Source: Octopus sinensis
Lineage: Eukaryota
Direction: 5' to 3'
Length of the DNA stretch: 64,000 bases
Assembly: GCF_006345805.1 (NCBI RefSeq)
Contig: NC_043001.1
Coordinates: forward strand, 22,258,001-22,322,000
Made by a program: the position numbers and the translations under genes. The stretch's first letter is position 1. Every line of letters begins with the position of its first letter. Positions 12,701-25,235 of this stretch are shown here, in pieces. Under the pieces are notes generated by a model. The model saw only the letters and a list, made by a program, of their open reading frames with translations, made no database searches and was not told the DNA's origin.

Positions 12701-14927
12701 TGCTTACAAACCACATGGTTCCGGGTTCAGTCCCACTGCATGGCTCCTTGGGCAAGTGTCTTCGACTATAGCCTCGGGCCGACCAAAGCCTTGTGAGTGG
12801 ATTTGGCAGATGGAAACTGAAAGAAGCCTGTCGTATATATGTATATATATGTATGTGTGTGCATGTGTATACGTTTGTATGTCTGTGTTTGTCCCCCCAA
12901 CATGGCTTGACAACCGATGCTGGTGTGTTTACGTCTCCGTAACTTAGTGGTTCAGCAAAAGAGACCAATAGAATAAGTACTAGGCTTACAAAGAATAACT
13001 CCTGGGGTCGATTTGCTCGACTAAAAGCGGTGCTCCAGCATGGCCACGGTCAAATGACTGAAACAAGTAAAAGAGTAAAAGAGACACAGAACTGAATGCA
13101 ACCAATTTTGTGCAACAAACTAGTTTTGAAGAAAAGTTTCTGTTATTGTTGTTCTCCTTGCGATTGTTGTTCTTCTTGTGGTTGTTGTTCTAGTTCTTCT
13201 TGTTGATGTTGTGGTGGTGGTACTTAGTAAAGAGAACTGACAAAGCACGAAACCTTATGATTAAAGATTTTCAGCATGCAAAAATGTATTATTGATCAAG
13301 TAAGTTTTTCTGAATGTTGTCCAGCATGTTAGTGATAAAAACATGTACAACCATGCCAAGTATGAGAAACCCTCTCCATATTATGAGGAAAATGATTTGA
13401 GAGTCAATAGTTACTCATCACTCGAATATTCTTTGGTTCTGAAGAGAAAAATCATTTCTTAGCGAAGTGGGTGAAGGTGTTGTTTTATTACTTTGAAATA
13501 AGTCAGTAATGTCTCTCTTCGACAGATCAAACTGCTCTGTTTCTTTGACTTATTGATTTTATTATTCCCGAATGCCTACACTCTTAAATGTTGCCTTCAT
13601 CAATACATAGGACACATTTCTTTGTAAAGACAAAAAACCCCATAAAATCTCCAGAGGGACAGAGTGAGATTTGCAGGTGAATTACAAGGAAACATTTGGC
13701 AGTGAAGGGGGAAGTGTGAGAGAGAAAGAAAGAAACAAAGAAATCTAAAAAAGACTGGTTCATGTGTTAGGTGAGAGTGACATTTTGAAATAGAGGTTAG
13801 ATTGCATGAAGCACTTAAAGATAAGAATAGCTGAAAGCAGTATAAGTATGTGAAGCAACACATAGCATATTTAACCCTTTTAATATCAATCTGCTTGAGA
13901 CCACCCTTGGTTCCGTGATACAAAGCAGTACAAATATCAGCCTAGTAATAACAAATTCTGTATTTTTTCAAAAATTAAATGTAAGAAAGGCAGTGTATTT
14001 CAACAGAAGTCATCATCATCATCATCATCATCATCATTTAACATCTGTTTTTCATGCTGGCATGGGTTGGATGGTTTAACCCTTTCGTTACTGTATTTAT
14101 TTTGAGATGCTCTGTGTTTCTTTCAATTACTTTAAATATAACAAAGAATTTAGTAAAATAACTTAGTTATCATTAAACAAGTGTTAGGAACATAAATTGT
14201 GACTAAGGTTTGGTGGAAGACTTTAATTCAAAACTTTTGAAAACAAGACATTTGTACCACGGAGCAAGAGCCGGGTTGGTATCAAAAGGGTTAACAGGAG
14301 TTGGCCAGATGAAGATCGGCCCAGACTCCAATTGTCTGTTTTGGCATGGTTTCTGTGGCTGGATGGCCTTACCAATGATAACCACTTTGCAGAATGTGCT
14401 GGGTGTTTGTATGTCAGTCAGACAGCAGTGGCATGGTCCACGACTACGATTTCAAATTAACATTATTAATTTTGCTTTATTTACTTAAAAATTTCCTTTC
14501 TTTTTTCAGTCCAATGAAACTCGATAAACTCCAAAGACCAGCCCATGTTGCAACGAAAACATTTCAAGCGTTACGTATATTTGTGAACAATGAACTAAAC
14601 CAGCTGTCGAACGGATTACTTGTCGCTCACAGTTATCTAAAAGAAGAAGGAGTTTGTGCAGCTATTTCTTTTCATTCTCTTGAAGACCGTATTGTCAAAA
14701 GACATTTTCATGGAATTGACATTAATGCTTCTAAGAACATGTCTTTAAGCTCTCATCAGTTTCTGAGTCCTTCCAAAATATACAATGAAGCTTCTGTGCA
14801 AGGGATTATATCAAAGAAATGGAACCCTATACAAAAGAAAGTTATTGTTCCTGATCCTACAGAAGTTAAACGGAATCCTCGAGCTCGATCCGCCAAATTA
14901 AGGGCTGCTATTAAATGCAGCTCTTAA
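3283..14927 (+). CDS. METTL15: Mitochondrial 12S rRNA N4-cytidine methyltransferase (RsmH/MraW family), complete gene: join(3283..3489,5699..5838,7150..7344,10267..10461,14510..14927), 1155 nt, 384 aa
   Basis: All four introns are GT-AG with compatible phases (0,2,2,2). Family motifs appear in order: [31 protein letters not shown]...[57 protein letters not shown]. The N-terminus is basic and presequence-like. Confidence 0.96.
5010..5411 (+). mobile_element. Abundant SINE family A with an internal (TA)/(TG) microsatellite; other copies at ~2048-2472, 4174-4516, 9585-10025, 12668-13083, 19097-19490, 51200-51575 (+) and ~5865-6110, 23055-23420, 62730-63112 (-)
   Basis: tRNA-like head gagtggctgtgtggtaag...ggttccgggttcagtccc; CORE-like ggcaccttgggcaagtgtctt; conserved 3' end tgactgaaacaagtaaaagagta. 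Confidence 0.85.
5699..5838 (+). CDS. METTL15: METTL15 exon 2 ([17 protein letters not shown]...[19 protein letters not shown])
   Basis: Acceptor ttgttctag|; SAM-binding motif; donor CG|GTGAGA, phase 2. Confidence 0.95.
6808..7130 (+). mobile_element. 5'-truncated CR1-clade LINE 3' end
   Basis: Open frame [10 protein letters not shown]...[13 protein letters not shown]....FKVSLD..*, the CR1 C-terminus; 9-bp TSD acattttct at 6799-6807 and 7131-7139. Confidence 0.88.
7150..7344 (+). CDS. METTL15: METTL15 exon 3 ([11 protein letters not shown]...DAGASSMQY...[19 protein letters not shown])
   Basis: Acceptor tctttccag|; donor AG|GTTTGG, phase 2. Confidence 0.93.
8656..8883. mobile_element. piggyBac-type MITE; related copies at 14076-14294, 18667-18888 and ~52284-52495
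   Basis: TTAA-CCCTTT...AAAGGG-TTAA termini; shared internal sequence. Confidence 0.8.
10267..10461 (+). CDS. METTL15: METTL15 exon 4 ([16 protein letters not shown]...YGEEKKA...VASVFD)
   Basis: Acceptor tttcctag|; donor AG|GTAAAT, phase 2. Confidence 0.95.
11872..12242. mobile_element. hAT-type MITE
   Basis: Imperfect TIRs cagtgctagattaa / ttaatttggcactg; 8-bp TSD tgtgtggc (right copy expanded by TG slippage). Confidence 0.6.
14510..14927 (+). CDS. METTL15: METTL15 exon 5, terminal ([24 protein letters not shown]...[11 protein letters not shown])
   Basis: Acceptor ttttttcag|; TAA at 14925-14927. Confidence 0.96.
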
Positions 14928-14953
14928 ATTCATTATTCATTATTTATTTTTAA

Positions 14954-15329
14954 GGAGGTGCAATGGCCCAGTGGTTAGGGCAGCGGACTCGCGGTCAGTG
15001 GATCGCTGTTTCGATTCCCAGACCGGGCGTTGTGAGTGTTTATTGAGCGAAAACACCTAAAGCTCCACGAGTCTCCGGCAGGGGATGGTGGTGATCCCTG
15101 CTGTACTCTTTCACCACAACTTTCTCTCACTCTTACTTCCTGTTTCTGTTGTACCTGTATTTCAAAGGGCCGGCCTTGTCACTCTCTGTGTCACGCTGAA
15201 TATCCCCGAGAACTATGTTAAGGGTACCCGTGTCTGTGGAGTGCTCAGCCACTTACACGTTAATTTCACGAGCAGGCTGATTCGGATCAACCGGAACCCT
15301 CGTCGTCATAACTGACGGAGTGCTTCCAA
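14954..15329 (+). mobile_element. tRNA-derived SINE (related copies ~31484-31775 +, ~54800-55110 -, ~62278-62580 +, ~60225-60470 +, ~10800-11130 -, ~20010-20235 -)
   Basis: A box TGGCCCAGTGG, B box GTTTCGATTCC; 19-bp TSD attcattatttatttttaa at 14935-14953 and 15330-15348. Confidence 0.85.
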
Positions 15330-16495
15330 ATTCATTATTTATTTTTAAACTAAGGTGGTGAAATGGTAGAATCATTAGCATGTTGGACACAATACCCGGT
15401 GGCATTTCTTCTGGCTGTTCACATTCTAAGTTCAGATCCTACGAAGGCCAACTTCACCGTTCATGTTTTTGGGGTGTCAATGAAATAAGTACCAGTCAAG
15501 TACTGGGGTCAATGTAATCAACTAGCCCCCACTTCCTAAAATTACTGGCCTTGTGATAAAACTAGAAAGAATTATTTATATTTTAAACTTGGTTCATATA
15601 CAAGTGAAAAAAATGTAACCTTTTCACTGAATTTACAAAATTCTGTTGATAAAAGTTTTGGCAGCTATTTCAGCTCAAATTGCTCGAAAACACACAATTG
15701 CTACAGCTTAATTGGCGAACAATGTAAAATCTAAATACACAATATATACCATACTCAATGGTATGTAAGATGCATTTTTTTTTTCCAAAGAGTATCTCAA
15801 AATGTCATCCTGGGCCCTATATGCAAAGTTGGGCCTTCCATAAGCTTATTTTATTCCAGATTTTGAACATGCTGGAATTGAAGTATATGTAATATGTTTG
15901 TGTGTCTTTTATGCCATCAAATATAGTATATGCTCTATTAATATTTACTCTGAAGTAAATATTAATCGAGTGGTTGTATACTGTCAACTTAACGTGACAG
16001 TCCATTAAGGGAATCACACCACTGCTATTTAGCCCTAGGAAGCATCGACGCTTCCTAGGGCTAAATAGTGGTGGTGTGATTCCCTTCATGGGACTGTCAC
16101 CTTAAGTTGAGAGAATACAGCCACTCTGTCGCTCCACCACTGCACATATCTCTATGAGATACTTAGAAATTTTATATTTCTGATAAATATTAATCAACCA
16201 AATTTTCACTGTTTCTACCTCAAATCCAGACTGACTAGATTTTATTTCATCCCATATACGAACTCATCACTGATGCCTATTGATAAATTATTGAACTTGT
16301 TTTATTTTTAACTTGTTTTGTTTATTTATTTATTTATTTTATTGTCTCTTGTAAATATTTTGCTTAGAAAGGATGTTTCATTAAAACACAATCAGCATCA
16401 TTTTTCATTTTAATGAAGAGCTAGTCACATTTCTGATTCACTTTGTATCATTTGTGACAGCTTTGTTGCCATTTATTCATTTTGTTCTTTTACAG

Positions 16496-16801
16496 CAGTA
16501 GTTCCCAAAGTGGGCAGTATTACACCCCTGGGGATGGTGGAAATTTCCAAGGGAATGTTGAAGAAAAGTGGGGGTAGTAATGAAGTAGTAATGCATGTAA
16601 AAAGTGGGGCAATAATGGGGGAGCGATCCATGTAAAAATAACAACATAATTGGTTCGTTAGGTAAAGTTTTATTTGTGAAATGCAGTTGCTTTGAATTTG
16701 CTTCAGGAAGAGGTCTGTTTGTGATGGTTAATTGGGGTGGGGACACAAGGAATGTGGCCTGCTTATGGCGGGGAGGCCTCAAAAAAGTTTGGGAACCACT
16801 G
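16496..16801. mobile_element. hAT/Charlie-type MITE
   Basis: TIRs cagtagttcccaaagt / agtttgggaaccactg; degenerate 8-bp TSD ttttacag / ttttattg. Confidence 0.65.
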
Positions 16802-18211
16802 TTTTATTGTATCACCCTTTTGATTGCATATAACAATAATACGTTGGTGACCAAATCTCTTTGATCTAGAGGGTGGTATACTAGCTAGATGAGGGCAGAT
16901 GGCTTGAAAAAGCTGTGCAACTCATATACAATGGTGATAAAGCAGCCAGCTGGCACTAAGAAATTTGATGTACTGATGAACTCACCTTGATAACAAAAAA
17001 GTTTATTTCACTAAATTCTTCACTGTTTTCGAAATTATCTGAAACAAAATATTTCAAGAGAAAATCATCTTCATCATCATCATCATCATCATTTAACATC
17101 TGCTTTCCATGCTAGCATGGGTTGGGCGATTTGACTGAGGTCTGGCGAACCAGATGGCTGCACCAGACTCCAATCTGATCTGGCAGAGTTTCTACAGCTG
17201 GATTCCCTTCCTGACGCCAACCACTCCGAGAGTGTAGTGGGTGCTTTTACGTGCCACCAGCACAAGGGCCAGTCAGGCGGTACTGGCAACGGCCATGCTC
17301 AAATGGTACTTTTTATGTGCCACCTGCACAGGAGCCAGTCCAGCGGCACTGGCAACAACCTCACTTGAATGTTTTTTTATGGTTACTATATTTTCTGGCA
17401 TACAAGCTGACATATGTAAGATAGATTTTTTTCTCCCAAAGAGTATCTCAAAATGTCATCCTGGGCCCTATATGCAAAGTTGGGCGTCCTATAAGCTTAT
17501 TTTATTCCAGATTTTGTAAACATTGAAACATCTTTCCATTGCATTTCACATGAAATTTTTGGTCCTCCAAAGTTTTCCTGGTATATAAGATGACTTGCCC
17601 TTTTTAGGTGTAAATTTCGGTCTGAAAAATTCAACTTGTATGCCAGAAAATACAGTAAACCAGAAATATTTCTATACTGCCCAACTGTCGATAGTATAAA
17701 ATGATCCCTTAAGAGAGCACTACAATATAGAGTAGTGTTTCCTGGAGGCTCATGCTCCCTTTCCCTTCTAGACTTAACTTATTTCTGCATATCATCATGA
17801 TCATCATCATTTAACGTCCATTGTCCATTCTAGTATAGGTCAGACAGTTTGACTGAGCTGGAAGGCTGCACCAGGCTCCAGTCTGATTTGGCATAGTTTT
17901 CTATGGCTGGATGCCCTTCCTAACGCCAACCACTCCTAGAGTGTAATGGGTACTTTTATGTGCCACTGGCACAGGTGCTGTTTGTGTGACACCGGGGTGC
18001 ATTTACATGTCACCAGTATGGGTGTGAATTTGCATGACATCAGTATCTGCCAGGTCTGTGATTTTGTTCGGCTTGATGGGTCTTCTCAAGCATGACAATG
18101 CCAAAGGTTTTGGTCATTGGCTCCATAAGGCCCAACACTCAAAAGGAACTCAGCCACTTTGCCTCCATGAGGCCCAACCCTCGAAAGGAACTCAGCCACC
18201 TGAGTTCCTTT

Positions 18212-18443
18212 AGGCAGCGAGCTGGCAGAAACGTTAGCACGCTGGGCGAAATGCTTAGTGGTATTTCGTCTGCTGCTACGTTCTGAGTTCAAATTCCGCC
18301 AAGGTCAACTTTGCCTTTCATCCTTTCGGGGTCAATAAATTAGGTACCAGTTACGCACTGGGGTCGATGTAATCGACTTAATCCGTTTGTCTGTCCTTGT
18401 TTGTCCCCTCTATGTTTAGCCCCTTGTGGGCAATAAAGAAATA
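18212..18443 (+). mobile_element. SINE family C; other copies at ~10505-10690, 15349-15580, 36925-37130, 37160-37360, 37408-37625 (+) and ~32030-32260, 52600-52770 (-)
   Basis: Head gcgagctggcagaaacgttagc; gagttcaaattccgcc; body cctttcatcctttcggggtc.ataaattaagtaccag. Confidence 0.85.
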
Positions 18444-21400
18444 AGGATCTCAGCCACCTTGCTTCTGTGAAGCCCAAATTTAAAAAAATTATTTTACTTT
18501 TTGCATTGTATCATATAAAAACAGTGTTTACAGTAACCTGCAATAAAGGCAACCATTTCTATGTAAATAAAACTGTGTATTAAGTAAATAACATTCCATA
18601 ATGACAGTTATGTACAGTAGAAACATAAATTAGAACTACCAGAAATTAACTTTAATAATGTTTGCATTAACCCTTTCATTACCAATCCGGCTGAAACCGG
18701 CTCTGAGTACAAATGTCCTGTTTTCATAAGTTTTGAATTAAAATCTTTCACCAAACCTTAGTTACAATTTATGTCCCTAACACTAGCTGAATGGTAACCA
18801 AGTTATTTTATTAAATTCTTTGTTATATTTAAAGTAATTGAAAGAAACACAGAGCATCTCAAAATAAATACAGTAATGAAAGGGTTAAAGCAAGTAGCTA
18901 CATCAAAGTGGCAGATACATGTTACTACTAGTTTAACCCCAGGTGGAGCAGTAACATTCATTTGCCACTTTGATGTGGTGACTCGCTTTACTGTTTAGTA
19001 TATGTTACTACTCTATCTCTTTTTGAGATTTTATAACTAGCTATTTTGCTTGTTGCAAATCAGAGACCGATGGTCACTTTGCTAACAATATATCGCTGGC
19101 AGGAGTGGCTGTGTGGTAAGTAGCTTGCTTACCAACCACAAGGTTCCGGGTTCAGTCCCACTGCATGGCACCTTGGTCAAGTGTCTTCTACTATAGCCTC
19201 AGGCCAACCAAAGCCTTGTGAGTGGATTTGGTAGACGGAAACTGAAAGAAGCCCGTCGTATATATGTGTATATATATATATATGTGTGTCTGTGTTTGTC
19301 CCCCCAACATTGCTTGACAACCGATGCTGGTGTGTTTACATCCCCATAACTTGGCAGTTCGGCATAAGAGACCGATAGAATAGGTACAAGGCTTACAAAG
19401 AATAAGTCCTGGGGTCAATTTGCTCGACTAAAGGCGGTGCTCCAGCATGGCCACAGTCAAAATGACTGAAACAAGTAAAAGAGTAAGTAAGAATTAATCA
19501 ACACTTGGTCTTATAATACAATGGCTATGACATTTTATCGTTAATTAACACAACAAAACTTTGTTAAGAGACGTGGTAACCAGTAGCCTATAAATGAGTG
19601 ATTTATTCTTCTTCAATTTACTTTCAGTTAAACATTTTTATGCCCTAAGAACTATTATTTTGTTGAATCCATAAGTAAATCTCCATCTTACAACGATTCT
19701 CTACTTAGCACATGTTCTTCATATTTGTTACATACTTACATTTGTTTGACCATTTTTTGAAGGCATTGACACATGATCAAAATGCAAACTGTCTCATCAG
19801 TTCGTTTGGATTCAGTCTTAGAGTCAAATTTACTGATCATTTCCTGTTTAGTTAATAATTCTGTTTTTATAACACAAAAAGTATCACAAATTTGGTATAT
19901 TATGCAATCTACCCTTTATACTGAATTTCTTACCGTATGTTGCCATCAGAGTTAAAACTTGAAATAATCATAAATGTATTTGCATTTAATAATATAAATG
20001 CACCCTTTTAAAGCCTAGCCAGGCTCATGAGCCCGGTTTCCTGGTTTCTATGGCGTATGTTTTCCCCAGCTGGATAGGACGCCAGTCCATCGCAGCATTA
20101 CTCATTTTTGCCAGCTGAGTGAACTAGAGTAACGTGAAATGAAGTGTTTTGCTCAAGAACACAATGCGTCGCCCAGTCCAGGAATCAAAACCACAATCTT
20201 ATGATCATGATGCTGACACCCTAACCACTAAGCCATGCACCTCCACATTTAATACTTAGTAAAATATAAAATGATATAATACATTGCATATCTTTTCTTT
20301 GGTGAACAATAAAAATCAAATACTGTAGAAATTATATTTTAATAACAAAGGTCACTTTGAAACAAAACAAAAAAAGAGATTAAATTGCAGAAACAGTTTT
20401 ATTAATTACAGAAACTGGAATGGCTCGTTAGCAAATTCAGTAGTTTGAAGTTTTTTATTTTTGTTTGTTTTTTTGCTTTAAAGATTAACCTTTTCTACTT
20501 GGCAGTAATTTTACAAAAATTGGTTGTCCAATAGTAAATGTTTCATCAAAATAGGTCTTTGCAAATGAAAAATAAACAAAAGTGTTACTATTGCAAAATA
20601 GCTGATATTAAAAAAAAAAGTCAACAAATGAATTATTTTATTGAATAAAAAGTATTGTTCACTTTTTCAGTGTGAATTTAGTGACGGTTATTTACAGGCG
20701 TTTGAAATACTGTGAATCAGCTAGCTAGCAAAGAAGTGAAATAAAATAAGAGCATAAATCACAACCAATATAACAAAAATTACTTGAATTTTGGATGATA
20801 TTTCTTTGAAGTGATGAATAGACTAGGATTGAAAGATAAAGTGTGTTTGCTATTAAAATTGACAATTTAATAAATTGTAACTGTTTGTAGCAATTATTTA
20901 AAAACTGAAGGTGAATACAAGAAGTAATCTCAACAATAATAATAATAATAATAACAATACTGTGAAATTTAGGCTTTGATGATAAATGAAAATGGAAGAA
21001 ATTCGCAAGTCAGACAAGTTCAAATATGTTTAAATTAGAAGGAATTCAACATATTTTAAAAAGCAGTTGTAAAAAATATATGTGAATAGACCCAAGAAAT
21101 TTTAAAAATACTATTGTAAAAATATGGTAGGCAAAGATTGAACCTGAAGTGATCTCTTAATGATTATTTGAAAGATGTTATAATGTTTTCAAAACAGCCC
21201 CAATACAAATCAAAGATTTGATGACAAGAAAATGTACAGAACACAAAGCGTTGGTTAGATATGAATTAACTAATGGAACACTAGGAATCATTAATTTTGA
21301 CAGAGTTTATGTATTTAGTTTCCAGCCTTCACCTGCCATGTATGGAATTTTGTTGGATTTTTCTCATTGGAACTTTCACTGTCATAGCTTTACCAACATC

Positions 21401-22046
21401 ATTTCTACTTGATTTATGATAAAATTTATCATCTGTGTAGTTTTGCCTATTAATACTATAGGCGGCAGAGTACAGAAGGTAAATATATTCAGATAAATAT
21501 AATACATGTGGCCTTTGTGAAGGTGCATGGCTCAGTGGTTACAGCGTCGGGCTCACAATCATGAGGTAGTGAGTTCGAATCCTGGACTGGGCTGTGTCGT
21601 GTTCTTGAGCAAGACATTTTGTTTCATGATGCTCCAGTTCACTCAGCTGTGGAAATGAGCTGTGATGTAACTGGTGCCAAGCTGTATCATCCTTTGCCTT
21701 TCCCCTTGGATAACACCAGTGGTGTGAAGAAGGGAAAATGGATTTCATGGGCGACTGCTTGTCTTCCACAAACAACCTTGCTTGGACTTGTGCCTCAGAG
21801 GAAAACTTTCTAGATGCAGTCCCATACTCATTCATGACCAGAAAGTGTCTTCACCCTTTACATGTAACCCTGTTTAATCACTGGTTCATTCATCACAGGT
21901 TGATTTGTGATAACATGGGTCAAGGATCAGTGAAAGATTCTGCTTGTACCACAATGCTCAGCTACCAATTATCGCTTGTCTTTACATCACCATGTTGTGA
22001 GACTGCATATTTTTTAATAGGGATTTATATACTCACACCTATCAAT

Positions 22047-22225
22047 ATGGAACCAGTGAACAGAAAGAATACAATAGTTCCTGATCTTAAGAAACAATGC
22101 AGACAAGTGAATTCTCTACGAGATGGAGATGATCAAGAAAATACACGATGGTGGAAGCTTCATTGTTGTGGACTGCAAGTTTGGTGCTAATGAATCCACC
22201 ATTCATTCTATTTACAAAATGTATG
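22047..22225 (+). mobile_element. Relic pogo/Tigger transposase N-terminal HTH
   Basis: EMIKKIHDGGSF.VV..KFGANESTIHSIYK resembles the CENP-B/psq HTH; frameshifted. Confidence 0.5.
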
Positions 22226-24919
22226 GAGATAATTCATCTATCACTCTGTGTGAGTGTGTGTTTTTTTTCTTACCTGTGCCGGTGGCATGTAAAAAGCACC
22301 ATCCGAACGTGGCCGATGCCAGTGCTGCCTTGATTAGCTTCTGTGCCAGTGGCACGTAAAAAGCACCAACCGATCATGGCTGCTGCCAGCCTCCCCTGGC
22401 ACCTGTGCCGGTGGCACGTAAAAATCACCCACTACACTCACAGAGTGGTTGGCATTAGGAAGGGCATCCAGCTGTAGAAACACTGCTAGATCAGACTGGA
22501 GCCTGGTGCAAGCCTCCTAGCTTCCCAGACCCGGGTCGAACCATCGAACCCGTGCTAGCATGGAAAGCGGACGTTAAATGATGATGATGATGATGATGAT
22601 TAACCCCTGTGACAAACAAGGATAGATTTTCTAAAAACATTTACAGAAAGTAGTGTAGAAGTTAATTCATATATGATTAAAAATAAATAACTTCTTGAAG
22701 TTAATAGTTTAAGGATTATTTTTAAATTATATACCTAGACTGAACTACAAATAAAATCTAAGAAATGAATAAATATAGTACTGTTTTACTCAGATGATCT
22801 TTTAAGTGCCTATATCGATTTTAAATGAATCTAGAATTTAATTTGATATATGTCAAATCCAGCTGCTCGAATATTTTCCTTTCATTCCACAGCTAAATAA
22901 ATATGTATATAAAATTATATAAGCACAAGAAATGCTTAATACCCTTTGTTTAGATCAAATATAATCTTTCTCTTTGTCAGAGGAATATCATCAGACAACT
23001 GCCGTAGAGCTTAACCCTTTAGCATTCAGATTACTCTATCAAATGTAATACTCTTTTACTCGTTTCAGTCATTTGACTGTGGCCATGCAGGAGCACCGCC
23101 TTTAGTCAAGCAAATTGACCCCAGGATTTATTCTTTGTAAGCCCAGTACTTATTCTATCGGTCGCTGTTGCCGAACCGCTAAGTTACGTAGATGTAGACA
23201 CACCAATATCGGTTGTCAAGCGATGTTGGGGGGACAAACATAGACACACATACATATATACGATGGGCTTCTTTCAGTTTGCGTCTACCAAATCCTTTCA
23301 CAAGGCTTTGGTTGGACTGAGGCTATAGTAGAAGACGCTTGCCCAAGGTGCCACACAGTGGGACTGAACCCAGAACCATGTGGTTTGTGAGCAAGCTACT
23401 TACCATACAGCCACTCCTATGCCTATTCTCATTGCTTTGAATGGCTGTATTTTAACGTATTTTGGGGGGCTTAAAACTTGGAAACAATGTTTTGTAAGGG
23501 ATTATAATACTATCCATGTATAAGAAGCTCCCATATTTTTTTCACCTAATTTTTGACAAAAAAGGGTTCCTTATTCATGTTAAAATACGGTAATAATGCA
23601 TTGTCTCTTAGCTTTGAGATTTTGATGATGTGACTGTTTATTTTTAGAATGACAGTGTAGGGTAGGTGTGAGAGGTTTGATCTGGTTAGTTTGAACAGGT
23701 AGAATATTTAGGCTGGATATAGATGATTTAAATGCTAAAGGGTTGAACTCAGAATTATAAAAGACCTAGCTGCCCAAAACAACCTACGTTTATTCCAATT
23801 TAAAATTCAAAAGTAGAATATATTTGGTTTGTCATAAGAAACAAGAAAATCTAGCATTTAACTCTTAGCTTTCAGATTTATCAAATGTAATGCTTATTTA
23901 TTCACATTGTTTTGTATTTATCCAAACGTGGCCGTTGCCAGCGCCGCCCGACTGGCCTCCATGCTGGTGGCACGTAAAAAGCACCATCTGACCGTGGCCG
24001 TTGCCAGCTTCGTCTGGTCCCCGTGCCGGTGGCATGTAAAAAGCACCATCCGATCGTGGGCGTCTGCCAGCCTCGTCTGGCACGTAAAAAGCACCCACTA
24101 CACTCTCGGAGTGGTTGGCGTTAAGAAGGGCATCCAGCTGTAGAAACACTGCCAGATCAGACTGGACCTGGTGCAGTCTTCTGGCTTCCCAGACCCCAGT
24201 TGAACCGTCCAACCCATGCTAGCATGGAAAGCGTACCCTAAACGATGATGATGATGATGATCAGTTCACTCTATTTCAGTTTCCAAAATGCTTCAAGCCA
24301 ACAATCTTATCAGTAATGGACAAGTGAGCATAGATATGACAAGGGCAAATGTCTACTTTCTTTCTCCATACAGCTGCCATCAAGGAAATAAAAAGTCTGC
24401 CCATGTTCTCAAATAATTTGACATGGATGAAAGAAGAAAAAGTTGGTTCTTCATTTCCTAAATTTGAAGGTTTAAGCATACGTTTTCTGAATGTAAATAT
24501 CATAAAAGAAGAAAAGGTATTGAAAGGATGGAAGACCGTAAACTGGCTGGCTGACTTGTTGACTGATGAACTCAGTATCAGAAAAATAAGAGAATCTAAA
24601 AGAAATTTTTTCTTTTTGTCATGATAGAAAATATATGACACCCCACCCCCTCTCAGCGAGAACTATATGTGACAAGAAAGAATAAACAGGATCCATAACC
24701 ATACATAGTAAACGTGTTTACATAATACATAGAAATTACACAAATTATTACTAGTATGGTGGCCCAGCATAGCCAGGGCTGAAATGTATAAAAGAACACA
24801 CACACAGAGAACAGTTATACATATATACTTTTATAGATATTTGTACACACATATAGGATATATAAGGTGCAGCTTAGATTTGTGCCAGAATGGGGTACCA
24901 CTGTTCCCCTTTCAATAGT

Positions 24920-25235
24920 AAAAGTTGTAAACAAAGAGCAAGCCATATCTTACACTTATTGACCTGGTGGCAGTTTTTGACAAAGTACCACATTCAAGAA
25001 AACAGAGATTCGGAAGAAGGCTTTTAAGAGCAGTACAAACCATGAATATACAGGATCTGTCAGCAAAATGTAAATTAGCAACAAATTCAATAAGGAATTC
25101 AGTGTACAACTAAGTGTCCATTGTGGCCTTGTTCTCATCTTCCTCCTGTTTAATATAATCCTCAAGGCCATAAATAAGGAACTCAAGATCAACTGTCTGT
25201 GGGAGTGCCTGTCTATATGCTGATGGACTTAGTTT
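24920..25235 (+). mobile_element. Decayed LINE reverse-transcriptase fragment
   Basis: DL.AVFDKVP, EFSVQLSVH.G....LLFNIIL and LYADGL remnants across frameshifts. Confidence 0.7.

Noticed and set aside
3283-14927. Bacterial rsmH acquired by horizontal transfer or contamination
   Set aside because: It has four spliceosomal introns, a presequence-like N-terminus and animal METTL15-type motifs.
14954-15030. tRNA genes (also at 21520, 31484, 46790 and 62278)
   Set aside because: The tRNA-like heads continue into conserved SINE bodies, with TSDs at 14954 and 46787; these are SINEs.
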